Shown piece by piece: positions 47,426 to 57,517 of a stretch of 64,000 nucleotides of DNA (the stretch's first letter is position 1; every line of letters starts with the position of its first letter). The notes below the pieces were generated by a model, which was not told the DNA's origin, did no database searches, and worked only from the letters and a program-made list of their open reading frames with translations. The stretch comes from an uncultured Desulfospira sp. Lineage in GTDB: Bacteria; Desulfobacterota; Desulfobacteria; Desulfobacterales; Desulfobacteraceae. The position numbers and the translations under genes were made by a program. The DNA lies in assembly GCA_963663165.1 (NCBI GenBank), contig OY760175.1, forward strand, positions 1,152,001 through 1,216,000. Reading direction: 5' to 3'.

Positions 47426-47637
47426 CGAAACCCTCCACGCTTCCCTTTTTTTTGATCTGTTGAACCGACACGAACTTTATAGACCGTCCCGGGAAAGTCT
47501 TGTAATTCATCGCCTTCAAAAATTTCCTGTTCAAGTTGATCAAGCAGGGAGGATAAATCTTTTTTTATTTGAGGGTATTTTTTGGAAAGTTTTTTTAAAT
47601 CACGTTTAAACAGGCCAGTAAGTTCAATTTGAAACAT
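46465..47637 (-). pseudogene. Chimeric ORF: RelE/HigB-like toxin N-terminus (~71 aa) fused in frame to a transposase C-terminus
   Basis: FKRDLKKLSKKYP...YKVRV...KGKRGGFR|DPTDINLL. Confidence 0.8.
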
Positions 47638-47638
47638 A

Positions 47639-47899
47639 TTACAGAGTCTTTAAAAATTCTCTTGCATTGGTGAGTCGTTTTCCTTGTCTTTTGGCTTCAG
47701 CTATTTCTTTTGCACTTTCAAGTAAAACTTCTCCCAAATTTTCCATATCATATTCGTCGTTATGCTCTTCGACCTCAACTGTTACTTTTAAAAATTGATG
47801 GGGTTTTATGTTGAATACTTTTTGCAATTCGGGGGGAAATTCTGCCCCTTGCATACGTCGAGTTGTAACTGGCATTGGTTGTCCCTCTAATGTTGCCAT
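47639..47899 (-). CDS. Putative antitoxin upstream of the RelE-like toxin
   Basis: 86 aa with acidic/helical C-terminus (EIAEAKRQG...AREFL), ends 1 bp before the toxin start. Confidence 0.6.
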   Translation of the reverse strand: MATLEGQPMPVTTRRMQGAEFPPELQKVFNIKPHQFLKVTVEVEEHNDEYDMENLGEVLLESAKEIAEAKRQGKRLTNAREFLKTL

Positions 47900-48059
47900 T
47901 TTAATTTAATATACCAATATAATAAGCGCATTTGCCTTATTAGTCAAATTATCTTAGAGCCACTCCCTTTTTAGATAATTGCCATTAGGCATCTCCACCC
48001 GGCTCTGCCAGGGGACTCACCAGTGTTTGACACTTCTGGGTATGCCAGCGCATGTCAGG

Positions 48060-48830
48060 TGAGAATCAAAACCATAGATCAAACTGGTTTTATTTGCCTT
48101 ACTGATATTGCAAAATCCAAGAACCCGGAACATCCTGACGATCGGATTCGAAACTGGCTGCGGAATCGAAATACCCTTGAGCTTTTGGGTATATGGGAAC
48201 AACTTTACAATTCCGATTTTAACCTCGTCGAATTCGACGGGATTAAAAAGCAGGCCGGCCTTAACAGTTTCATCCTCACCCAAACAGTGGATTTCTTTAA
48301 CAGGGCGCAATAAGATTAAGTTCCAAAGAAGGCCGTTATGGTGGAACCTACGCCCATAAGGATATCGCTTTTGAATTCGCATCATGGATATCCGTTGAAT
48401 TTAAGCTTTATCTGCTCAAAGGGTTCCAGCGGCTCAAAGAAGAAGGGGAAAGGCAGCTCGGCTGGGATGTTAAACACAGCCTTACAAAAATAAATTACCG
48501 CATTCATACGGATGCGATTCAAGAAAAACTGATTCCGCCGGAGCTGACCCAACAGCAGATCAATTTTGTCTATGCGTTGGGGGCGGATTTGCTGAATATG
48601 GCTCTCTTTGGTAAAACAGCAAAACCATAGCGGGATGAAAGTCCCGACAAAAAGGGCAATATCAGGGATTATGCCAATGTCAGCCAGCTGGTCTGCCTGG
48701 CGAACCTTGAAAACCTGAATACCCATTTGATCCAGCAGGCACTGCCCCAGACTGAAAGAATAAGATTATTGAACAATACAGCCATCCAGCAAATGCGCTT
48801 ACTGATACAAGACAGCAGCCGAATACAGTC
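48060..48830 (+). pseudogene. KilA-N domain protein, frameshifted with a premature stop
   Basis: ICLTDIAK, NWLRNRNTLELLGIWE, then GRYGGTYAHKDIAFEFASWISVEFKLYL, KINYRIHTDAI and GNIRDYAN across frames. Confidence 0.8.
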
Positions 48831-48928
48831 CGGTTGGCCTGATGGACATCTACGACAGTATAGAACCGGACCGCTCAGTAACCGGTTCCATGGGGATTTA
48901 ATTTTTACAATAGGCCGATATGTTATAC

Positions 48929-50260
48929 TCAATAAGTCTTATTTTTGATGCCATATTTTTGAAGTCGGTATCGTAGTGCTCCCCTGGTGATACCAAGTTT
49001 TCTAGCCGCCTGCGACTGGTTCCAGCCGCAATGGTCCATTGCGGCCAGCATCAGGCTTTGCTCTTGCGCAGCCATATCAAAATCCCCCAAATGAAGAATA
49101 TTATCCTCGGATGCCGGCTTGGGTGTTATTATATAGGCTGGCAGGTGAGGACTCTCCACTTGTGTATCGGTGCAGGTTAATGCCACACGTTCCATAATAT
49201 TTTTAAGCTCGCGTACATTACCGGGCCAAGTATATTTTTTCAGGCATTGCAGCGCATCATCTGACACTAAAAGAGTCGGTTTGGCAAAATCTCTACAAAA
49301 TTTTTCAAGGAAAAAACAGACAAGTTCAGGGATATCAGATTTTTTTTCGCGTAATGGCGGCATATCAAGGTTGACAGTATTAAGGCGATAATACAAATCT
49401 GACCGGAATTGAGACAAACTGATCATTGTTTCTAAATTCTGGTTGGTCGCGGATACGATCTTGACAGATATACTGATCTCACGATTTGAACCTATTGGTG
49501 TAATGGTTTTTTCCTCCACCGCATGCAGCAATTTTGCCTGAAGTTCCAAGGGTAACTCTCCAATTTCATCCAGAAATAAAACTCCGTTGTCTGCACTGAT
49601 AAAAGCGCCTTTACGGTCTTGCAGAGCTCCTGTAAAAGCCCCTTTTTTGTGGCCGAACAACTCACTTTCAATAAGGTCTTTTGGAATGGCTGCACAATTA
49701 ACTTTCACAAAAGGCCCATCTTTTCTGTCAGAAGAAATATGGATGGCCCGGGCGGCAATTTCTTTGCCGGTCCCGGATTCTCCCTGAATAAGGACGGATG
49801 AATCAGTAGAGGCAAACAGGGCAATATCCTGACGAATTTTTTCCATGATAGATGAGGTGCCAAGAAGCCCATCTATCGGGTCTGCATCATAGGTATTTTC
49901 ATTTAAAGCGTGGGCGGCTGCTTCCAGAAGCTGTTTATGGTCTACAGGTTTTGTCAGGAAATCAAACGCTCCTTTTTTCATAGCATCCACAGCGGTTTCT
50001 ATAGAGCCGAATGCAGTGAGAATGATAAGGGGGACTGTTGAATAATTCAGCCGCCCGAATCTTAATAGAGCCATACCGTCCACAGGTTTCATGTTAAGGT
50101 CCGTGATGACCAGATCCGGGTGCCATTTTTGCCACAGGGACATTGCCTGGCCTCCTTCGGCTGCGGTTTTAACATCATACCCATTGTCTTGAAAAACCAG
50201 GCTAATAATCCGTAAAAGGCGCTCTTCGTCTTCGACAAGGAGGATTTTGGGTTTTGTCAT
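48929..50260 (-). CDS. Sigma-54-dependent response regulator (NtrC family)
   Basis: REC, GESGTGKE, ELFGHKKGAFTGA, LFLDEIGE, WPGNVREL, Fis-type HTH. Confidence 0.95.
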   Translation of the reverse strand: MTKPKILLVEDEERLLRIISLVFQDNGYDVKTAAEGGQAMSLWQKWHPDLVITDLNMKPVDGMALLRFGRLNYSTVPLIILTAFGSIETAVDAMKKGAFDFLTKPVDHKQLLEAAAHALNENTYDADPIDGLLGTSSIMEKIRQDIALFASTDSSVLIQGESGTGKEIAARAIHISSDRKDGPFVKVNCAAIPKDLIESELFGHKKGAFTGALQDRKGAFISADNGVLFLDEIGELPLELQAKLLHAVEEKTITPIGSNREISISVKIVSATNQNLETMISLSQFRSDLYYRLNTVNLDMPPLREKKSDIPELVCFFLEKFCRDFAKPTLLVSDDALQCLKKYTWPGNVRELKNIMERVALTCTDTQVESPHLPAYIITPKPASEDNILHLGDFDMAAQEQSLMLAAMDHCGWNQSQAARKLGITRGALRYRLQKYGIKNKTY

Positions 50261-50291
50261 GTTTAGCTCCTGTATTATTTGGACAGGGGGA

Positions 50292-51563
50292 TCAATGAGC
50301 CTCGGCTCGGCTCTGGAAAACAGACGTCTTCGGCAGCCTGATGTTTGTCACAACACCACTTGGGCCGTCTGTTCTGTTTGTCATGCGGATGCTGCCGCCA
50401 TGTGCCTGAACAATTTGTCGGCACGTTGCCAGTTCCAGCCCCATTTTCTGCCCTTTGGCTGTAATAAAATTTTCAAATATTTGATCCGGGCTCCCCTCAA
50501 GGATTTCTGGGCTATTGTCCATAATCGAGACTAAAACATTTTCATTATCCTGCTCAACCGCTATGTTGATCTGCCCTCCATCAGGCATCATTTCTTCACT
50601 GTTGCGGATCAGATTACGAAGCAGTTGAGCCACTTGCCTGGTATCCGCATAGATAGTTGTCGTGCCAGGGCCTTCAGCCACATGGATATCAATATTTTGC
50701 CTGTGATCTTCACTTTCTATCCACTGATCCACAAAAAGTTGAATTATCTGCTCAAGAAAAATTTGCGAAAATTCAGGGAGAGCTTGCCGAGCCAGGTTGA
50801 GAATACCACTAGTGGATTCATTGAGCTGTGCCACTGCGGAAATTATATGTTCAAGCATTTCATGGGCCGTACTTTCAAGGTTCTTTCCAATGGACAGATA
50901 CTGGGCCGAACTATAGATAATGCCCAAATAATTTTTCAGTTCATGTGCCAAATTTGAGGTCATTTTCCCGATAAGCGCCATATTTTCGTCCTGAACTTTC
51001 TGGTCAAACAGCTGCTCAAACCGTTGTTTGCTTTTCACAAGGGCTTCACGGCAGGTGGCATTTGACAAGGCAACAGCCACCTGATTGGTAAAGCTGCCAA
51101 GCATAAGGATATCAACCTCACTGAAAATCTCACCACTGTTTTTTGATCCTACGAAAAAAAGTCCGGAAATGGTTTGGGAAATTCGCAAAGGCAGAATCAA
51201 ATTAAAGCCGTTTAGTTGAATTTCCCTGAGTTCATTTTCAAGTGCGGGGTCCTGACAGACCTGAAACGTATCAATGTACCATATTTGCGGTGCCATCAAC
51301 TCCTTTACAAGACCACTTCTATGCCAGGACAAGTGCCCGAATCGAAGGGTTTTGGGGAAGAATTGGGAATCAGTTTTATCAAATAATATCAACGCTGTAG
51401 CACCTACTTGAATGGCTTTGGGAAATTCTTCTGTCACGGTCTTTATCAGGGTTGACAGTTCCGGTGCGGCGGCGATGAGCCGGCTAAATTCATATATTAC
51501 CTTAATTAAGGAGTTATTATTCATATGATCAATCCAAATTTCATGGGCGCTCCTGTTTAGCAC
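50292..51563 (-). CDS. GAF-containing histidine kinase-like protein with degenerate ATP-binding boxes
   Basis: AHELKN H-box and NLIRNS N-box present, but G1 reads DNSPEI and G2 reads GLEL. Confidence 0.75.
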   Translation of the reverse strand: MLNRSAHEIWIDHMNNNSLIKVIYEFSRLIAAAPELSTLIKTVTEEFPKAIQVGATALILFDKTDSQFFPKTLRFGHLSWHRSGLVKELMAPQIWYIDTFQVCQDPALENELREIQLNGFNLILPLRISQTISGLFFVGSKNSGEIFSEVDILMLGSFTNQVAVALSNATCREALVKSKQRFEQLFDQKVQDENMALIGKMTSNLAHELKNYLGIIYSSAQYLSIGKNLESTAHEMLEHIISAVAQLNESTSGILNLARQALPEFSQIFLEQIIQLFVDQWIESEDHRQNIDIHVAEGPGTTTIYADTRQVAQLLRNLIRNSEEMMPDGGQINIAVEQDNENVLVSIMDNSPEILEGSPDQIFENFITAKGQKMGLELATCRQIVQAHGGSIRMTNRTDGPSGVVTNIRLPKTSVFQSRAEAH

Positions 51564-51799
51564 CTTAAAATCCGAAACAGGGAACCATAGGTATGATTCT
51601 GGCGTATCTTTTCAAAAAAATAATCATTATTTAAGATTGAATAGCGATTTTACCCAGCACCTTATTCGATATATATATCAATTTAGCTTCCGGAATTACA
51701 GTGATTTTAAAAGAAAAAATATCCGTATAACAATTCATGCCTTCAAAAAGCCGGTCCAATTCTTTCTTAGGGCTGTACCTTCGCTGCTCTTGAAATGGG

Positions 51800-51849
51800 T
51801 TGGCTGAAATCAGCCAATATTGGCTGCAAAAGTAGTGCAAATTAGCCAC
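51800..51849. promoter_or_regulatory. Putative upstream activator sites for an NtrC-type activator
   Basis: ttggctga-aa-tcagccaa palindrome plus further tggctg/tagcca half-sites about 100 bp upstream of a sigma-54 motif. Confidence 0.55.
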
Positions 51850-51899
51850 CTTTGACGACAAATAATATTCGTAAGCGTTTATTTATCTAATACAACACG

Positions 51900-51916
51900 T
51901 TGGAACACCTTTTGCA
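51900..51916 (+). promoter_or_regulatory. Sigma-54 (-24/-12) promoter
   Basis: TTGGAAC-acctt-TTGCA, GG-N10-GC spacing; divergent NtrC-family gene nearby. Confidence 0.65.
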
Positions 51917-52103
51917 AGATTTCTATCCATTATGAATTTAGTGATCATGAAATCTACAGCCCTAAAGGCGATGGCGAAATCCAGACCTGGCCGGAAAACC
52001 GTATTGATGGCAGCCAAGGACAAACAAAGAATATTGGTTGGGGGTATCGAATATTACGGTACTCAGCCAAATTTTCATTAAAAATAAAAAATAGAGGAAT
52101 GAT

Positions 52104-55100
52104 ATGAGACAGACACTCCATATTATAAAAACATTGGTGGTTGTCCTTATAATTTCATTATATTCAATACCAACCGCCTTTTCAGGCGATAGTGTCTGCG
52201 CCCGGGTGAAGATCGAAATAGAGCAGGAGATCGCCCTGGAGCGCCAGGCTTTTGATGCTCATATGCGCATCACCAACGGGCTGACCCATGTTTCCCTGGA
52301 AAATGTGGAAATAGAAGTTTCTTTTTCAGATGAGGAAGGCAACAATGTCGTGGCTTCCTCTGACCCGGACAATTCAGATGCCCTGTTTTTCATCCGTATT
52401 GATACCATGAGCGGGATAGATGATGTAAGCGGTGGCGGCGTGGTAGGTCCGGATACCGTGGCCGACATTCACTGGCTGATCATTCCGGCCCAGGGGGCCA
52501 GTGACGGCCTGGAGCAGGGAACCCTTTATTATGTGGGAGCCCACCTTATTTATACTATTGGCGGCGAAGAACATATTACCATGGTCTCTCCCGACTATAT
52601 TTTTGTCAAGCCCATGCCTGATTTAGTTTTGGATTATTTTATTCCCAATGATGTATACGGCGATGATCCGTTTACCAGTGAAATAGAAGAGGCGGTTCCG
52701 TTTTCTTTAGGAGTCAGGGTAAGCAACACCGGTCAAGGCACAGCCAAATCCCTTAAAATAGAATCAGCCCAGCCCAAGATCGTGGAAAATGAGCAAGGGT
52801 TATTGATCAACTTCTTCATCCAAGGTAGTGAGGTAAATGGTCAGGAGGAAACCCCAGGACTGTTGGTGGATTTCGGTGACCTTGAGCCTGCTAAAGCTGG
52901 AACGGCAAGGTGGACAATGACTTGCTCTCTTTATGGAAAATTTGTAGAATTTTCGGCCGAACTGACCCATTCAGACGAGCTGGGCGGGGAACTGACCTCT
53001 CTTATTTCAGCTTATAATACCCATTTTTTGGTTCGCGACGTACTGGTGGACCTGCCCGGCCGGGACGGAATCAGGGATTTCCTGGCCTTAGAGGGTGAAG
53101 AGTATACTGTTTACGAGTCTGATAATATAGACACCCAGGTTACGGACCAGAGCGCATTGGCCAATATGATACAAATCGGAACCAACGGCACCCAAAGCAT
53201 TTACACCCTCACCGTTCCAGTTACGGATGGGCCTATGGTCGTCCGGCTTGACGACCCCCTGTCCGGCACAAAAGAAATCCTGTCCGCAATCCGTTCAGAC
53301 GGCAAAGCGATCTCCATGGATAATGTCTGGCTCTACAAGACCCGGACAACGGACAATCCATGGCAATTTTATTTTTATTTATTTGATGTGAATACCCCAG
53401 GGACCTATACCATTGTGTTTGAAAATTCGTCAATCCTGGCCAAAGCTCCGGTACTGCAGTATATACCGGATCGGCAGCGGGGCGAGGAAGAACAGCTGTC
53501 CTTTATTGTCGAAGCCAGTGATCCCAACGGTTCGGTTCCCTCACTTTCAACTTCATCCCTTCCGCCAGGGGCCATTTTTGTAGACAACGGCGACGGCACA
53601 GGATTATTTGATTGGATTCCCATAGAAGGCCAGGCCGGATCTTATCCCGTAAAATTTACGGCCTCCGACGGTATCCTGACAGATTCCCAGACCACCATCA
53701 TAAAAATTTGTCCCATCAACGACTCAGACTGTGACGGAATGGACGACCAATGGGAACTGGACAACTTCGGCAGCCTGGACCGGGACGGCACCGATGATTA
53801 TGATGGAGACGGTATTTCTGATCTGAATGAGTACCTGAACGGAACAGATCCCACAGGAACCGAAAATGCGCCCAGTGTTCCCGTCATCAATTCTCCTGAG
53901 ATTAATGAAATCGTATCTCTTCTCCAGCCTGAGTTGTCTGTCCTTTGCAGCACCGATGCAGATGGAGACATCCTGACCTATGAATTTGAGCTTTTTTCGG
54001 ATGCCGGATATACCACGTTGGTGGCAGGTGAAAGCGGCGTGCCGGAATCAGGCAGCATTGTCCTCTGGACAGTACCGGAAGAACTTGTTGAAAACAAGAC
54101 CTACTATTGGCGCGCCAGGGCTTTTGACGGAGTTGCTTATACCCTCTGGACCCATGGCAGGTTTCTTGTCAGCCAGACCAATGAACCGCCTATTCCTTTT
54201 GATCTTTTAACCCCGAAAGATTCAATGACTGTGGACTCCGTCCGTCCGACTCTTTTTTCAGGTTATAGTAACGACCCTGAAGATGATTCTTTGACATATA
54301 TGTTCTCAATTTATTCTGACCAGGCCCTGACCCAACAGGTGGCATCAGGGCCGGGGGAAGCAGACAAAGAAACCGGAATGGTCTCATGGCAGGTAAATGA
54401 AGACCTGACAGACGCAACCTTGTATTTTTGGCAGGTAACGGTTGAGGATTCTTCCCAAAACACCGAATCCAGTGAGATTTTTTCTTTTACAGTACAGACC
54501 GCCAACCATACGCCATCAGCTCCTGAAATACTGTTTCCATCAGCCTGCAGCCAGGTCGAAACAGTTGATCCGGTGCTGACCATTGTTTCTGTTACTGACC
54601 CTGACGGTGACAGTGTTGAATACGATTTCCAGATTGATGTTTCAAAAAATTTTAACTCAGAAAACTTAATTACATCCGGCCCGGATCAGATCATAATTTC
54701 CAATGAAAAGGTGCAATGGCATCTTCAGGGCCTCCAGGATGACACTGTATATTATTGGCGGATAAGATCAAAAGACAGCGTTTCTACGAGCAAATGGGCT
54801 TGCAATCGTTTTTTCGTAAACACATACAATAATTCCCCTGAAACACCAGTTGTTAAAAATCCGGGGAATTTATCGTGGGTGGACAGGTTAACCCCCGAAC
54901 TGTCACTTCATCCTGCCGAAGAACCGGATAATGATAGTATTGAGATAATAGTCCAATTATACACTGACAATAACCTTAACAACCTTGTGTTTGAGGGTTC
55001 TTCACAGGGGTCGGTTTTAACGGTTTCCAATGAACTCGAAGATGCCACTTGGTATTACTGGAGAGCCAGGCTGGTAGATGAACATGGTGTACCGGGCTCG

Positions 55101-57179
55101 TGGAGCGAGACTAAAGCATTTTTTGTTAAAGAAAATACACAGAATGAGTCTCCCAACATCAATGTTTATGAAGATGCGGAAGACGGTACCACCAGTGGCT
55201 GGGATATCTACGCAAACGACCCTGAGGGAGCCATAATTTCCAATGTTTACGATGCCCTCAAAGAAAGCCGGGTCATCGAATTTACAGGTTCGGGCACATC
55301 CAATGGATACTGGCTTGGAAATGATGATTTCAGTGATTGGAATGACGAGCAATTCAAGGTCATAGAATGGTCCATGTGCTATGCCGAAGACTTTGTAATT
55401 CATGTTGTCGTACAAACCAGGGACGGTTTCAGGTACCTCAAGTATACCACTGATGAAATCGATGACCTTGGTGATGGGACTTATATCCATCACGGTCTTG
55501 GCAGCTTTGCAACAGACGGCAACTGGCATACCCTTGTCAGGGACCTTGAATATGATCTTAAAGAAGCGCAACCGAACAATGAGCTGGAAGCGGTTCTTGG
55601 TTTTCTTATTCGCGGCAGCGGGAAGGTGGATGATATTAAAACCATTGGTGCTATTCCCGAGTCCCTTGATTCAGATGGAGACGACCTTACAGACCTTGAA
55701 GAAATAAACATATACGGCACCCATCCATACCATGCAGATAGCGATGGTGATGCCCTGACCGACGAAGAGGAACTTAATTATTGGGATTCTGACTGGAATG
55801 AAGATATAGACGGCGATGGAAAAATTAATCTGCTGGATGATGACTCAGACGATGATGGTTATTCAGACGGTTATGAGCTGGTTGCCGGGTCAGACCCCGG
55901 TGACGGGTTTAGTTTTCCTGATTCATTTGTTTACGAAGATGCGGAAGACGGTACCACCAGTGGCTGGGATATCTACGCAAACGACCCTGAGGGAGCCATA
56001 ATTTCCAATGTTTACGATGCCCTCAAAGAAAGCCGGGTCATCGAATTTACAGGTTCGGGCACATCCAATGGATACTGGCTTGGAAATGATGATTTCAGTG
56101 ATTGGAATGACGAGCAATTCAAGGTCATAGAATGGTCCATGTGCTATGCCGAAGACTTTGTTATTCATGTTGCCGTACAGACCAGGGACGGTTTCAGGTA
56201 CCTCAAATATACCACTGATGAAATCGATGACCTTGGTGATGGGACTTATATCCATCACGGTCTTGGCAGCTTGGCAACAGACGGCAACTGGCATACCCTT
56301 GTCAGGGACCTTGAATATGATCTTAAAGAAGCGCAACCGAACAATGAGCTGGAAGCGGTTCTTGGTTTTCTTATTCGCGGCAGCGGGAAGGTGGATGATA
56401 TTAAAACCATTGGTGCTATTCCCGAGTTCCTTGATTCAGATGGAGACGACCTTACAGACCTTGAAGAAATAAACATATACGGCACCCATCCATACCATGC
56501 AGATAGCGATGGTGATGCCCTGACCGACGAAGAGGAACTTAATTATTGGGATTCTGACTGGAATGAAGATATAGACGGCGATGGAAAAATTAATCTGCTG
56601 GATGATGACTCAGACGATGATGGTTATTCAGACGGTTATGAGCTGGTTGCCGGGTCAGACCCCGGTGACGGGTTTAATTTTCCTGATTCATTTGTTTACG
56701 AAGATGCGGAAGACGGTACCACCAGTGGCTGGGATATCTACGCAAACGACCCTGAGGGAGCCATAATTTCCAATGTTTACGATGCCCTCAAAGAAAGCCG
56801 GGTCATCGAATTTACAGGTTCGGGCACATCCAATGGATACTGGCTTGGAAATGATGATTTCAGTGATTGGAATGACGAGCAATTCAAGGTCATAGAATGG
56901 TCCATGTGCTATGCCGAAGACTTTGTAATTCATGTTGTCGTACAAACCAGGGACGGTTTCAGGTACCTCAAGTATACCACTGATGAAACCGATGACCTTG
57001 GCGACGGGACATATATCCATCACGGTCTTGGCAGCTTGGCAACAGACGGCAACTGGCATACCCTTGTCAGGGATCTTGAATATGATCTTAAAGAAGCGCA
57101 ACCGAACAATGAGCTGGAAGCGGTTCTTGGTTTTCTTATTCGCGGCAGCGGGAAGGTGGATGATATCATTTTAAAATGA
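52104..57179 (+). CDS. Giant secreted acidic protein: Ig/FN3-like domains, DxDxDG Ca-binding repeats, three C-terminal repeated beta-domains
   Basis: Signal peptide; ASDPNG Ig-like unit; YYWR[A/I]R FN3-like units; DSDGD/DSDDDG motifs; YEDAEDG domain x3. Confidence 0.85.
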   Translation: MRQTLHIIKTLVVVLIISLYSIPTAFSGDSVCARVKIEIEQEIALERQAFDAHMRITNGLTHVSLENVEIEVSFSDEEGNNVVASSDPDNSDALFFIRIDTMSGIDDVSGGGVVGPDTVADIHWLIIPAQGASDGLEQGTLYYVGAHLIYTIGGEEHITMVSPDYIFVKPMPDLVLDYFIPNDVYGDDPFTSEIEEAVPFSLGVRVSNTGQGTAKSLKIESAQPKIVENEQGLLINFFIQGSEVNGQEETPGLLVDFGDLEPAKAGTARWTMTCSLYGKFVEFSAELTHSDELGGELTSLISAYNTHFLVRDVLVDLPGRDGIRDFLALEGEEYTVYESDNIDTQVTDQSALANMIQIGTNGTQSIYTLTVPVTDGPMVVRLDDPLSGTKEILSAIRSDGKAISMDNVWLYKTRTTDNPWQFYFYLFDVNTPGTYTIVFENSSILAKAPVLQYIPDRQRGEEEQLSFIVEASDPNGSVPSLSTSSLPPGAIFVDNGDGTGLFDWIPIEGQAGSYPVKFTASDGILTDSQTTIIKICPINDSDCDGMDDQWELDNFGSLDRDGTDDYDGDGISDLNEYLNGTDPTGTENAPSVPVINSPEINEIVSLLQPELSVLCSTDADGDILTYEFELFSDAGYTTLVAGESGVPESGSIVLWTVPEELVENKTYYWRARAFDGVAYTLWTHGRFLVSQTNEPPIPFDLLTPKDSMTVDSVRPTLFSGYSNDPEDDSLTYMFSIYSDQALTQQVASGPGEADKETGMVSWQVNEDLTDATLYFWQVTVEDSSQNTESSEIFSFTVQTANHTPSAPEILFPSACSQVETVDPVLTIVSVTDPDGDSVEYDFQIDVSKNFNSENLITSGPDQIIISNEKVQWHLQGLQDDTVYYWRIRSKDSVSTSKWACNRFFVNTYNNSPETPVVKNPGNLSWVDRLTPELSLHPAEEPDNDSIEIIVQLYTDNNLNNLVFEGSSQGSVLTVSNELEDATWYYWRARLVDEHGVPGSWSETKAFFVKENTQNESPNINVYEDAEDGTTSGWDIYANDPEGAIISNVYDALKESRVIEFTGSGTSNGYWLGNDDFSDWNDEQFKVIEWSMCYAEDFVIHVVVQTRDGFRYLKYTTDEIDDLGDGTYIHHGLGSFATDGNWHTLVRDLEYDLKEAQPNNELEAVLGFLIRGSGKVDDIKTIGAIPESLDSDGDDLTDLEEINIYGTHPYHADSDGDALTDEEELNYWDSDWNEDIDGDGKINLLDDDSDDDGYSDGYELVAGSDPGDGFSFPDSFVYEDAEDGTTSGWDIYANDPEGAIISNVYDALKESRVIEFTGSGTSNGYWLGNDDFSDWNDEQFKVIEWSMCYAEDFVIHVAVQTRDGFRYLKYTTDEIDDLGDGTYIHHGLGSLATDGNWHTLVRDLEYDLKEAQPNNELEAVLGFLIRGSGKVDDIKTIGAIPEFLDSDGDDLTDLEEINIYGTHPYHADSDGDALTDEEELNYWDSDWNEDIDGDGKINLLDDDSDDDGYSDGYELVAGSDPGDGFNFPDSFVYEDAEDGTTSGWDIYANDPEGAIISNVYDALKESRVIEFTGSGTSNGYWLGNDDFSDWNDEQFKVIEWSMCYAEDFVIHVVVQTRDGFRYLKYTTDETDDLGDGTYIHHGLGSLATDGNWHTLVRDLEYDLKEAQPNNELEAVLGFLIRGSGKVDDIILK
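55164..57166 (+). repeat. 765-bp near-identical tandem repeat (about 2.6 copies)
   Basis: gttta(t/c)gaagatgcggaagacgg at 55164, 55929 and 56694. Confidence 0.92.
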
Positions 57180-57486
57180 TAGACATCAAATACTGGTTTT
57201 ACCTTATTAGTGCCTTACTCTTCAGTTGGTTCTAAAGAAAAAAAGAAAATGGAGAGTAAGGTACATGGGTTTCGGATTTCCTGTTTTGTTCCTAAAATAT
57301 TTGATTTAATGGAATAAAAATGGCAAGATAGGAAATACACTCAACAATCTGAAAAAAATACAGGACCAGCTAAAGCTCGGCTCAGGATGAATTGTGATTG
57401 GAATGGCGAAATTTCGATGCCGGATTTCGTATGCCTGATATCATAAAATAGTCCACAATCCTTAAAAATAAAAACCGGAACTAATT

Positions 57487-57513
57487 AAAAAAAAAGGGGG
57501 GGGGGGGGGGGGG
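57487..57513 (+). repeat. A9-G18 homopolymer tract immediately upstream of a start codon
   Basis: 9 A followed by 18 G, then agaa-ATG (57518). Confidence 0.85.
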
Positions 57514-57517
57514 AGAA

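Noticed and set aside
51945..52030. Cyclic-di-GMP riboswitch in the giant gene leader
   Set aside because: Slight resemblance only (ccctaaagg...atggc); the GGCAAA/GNRA P2 core is not visible. An Rfam scan would settle it
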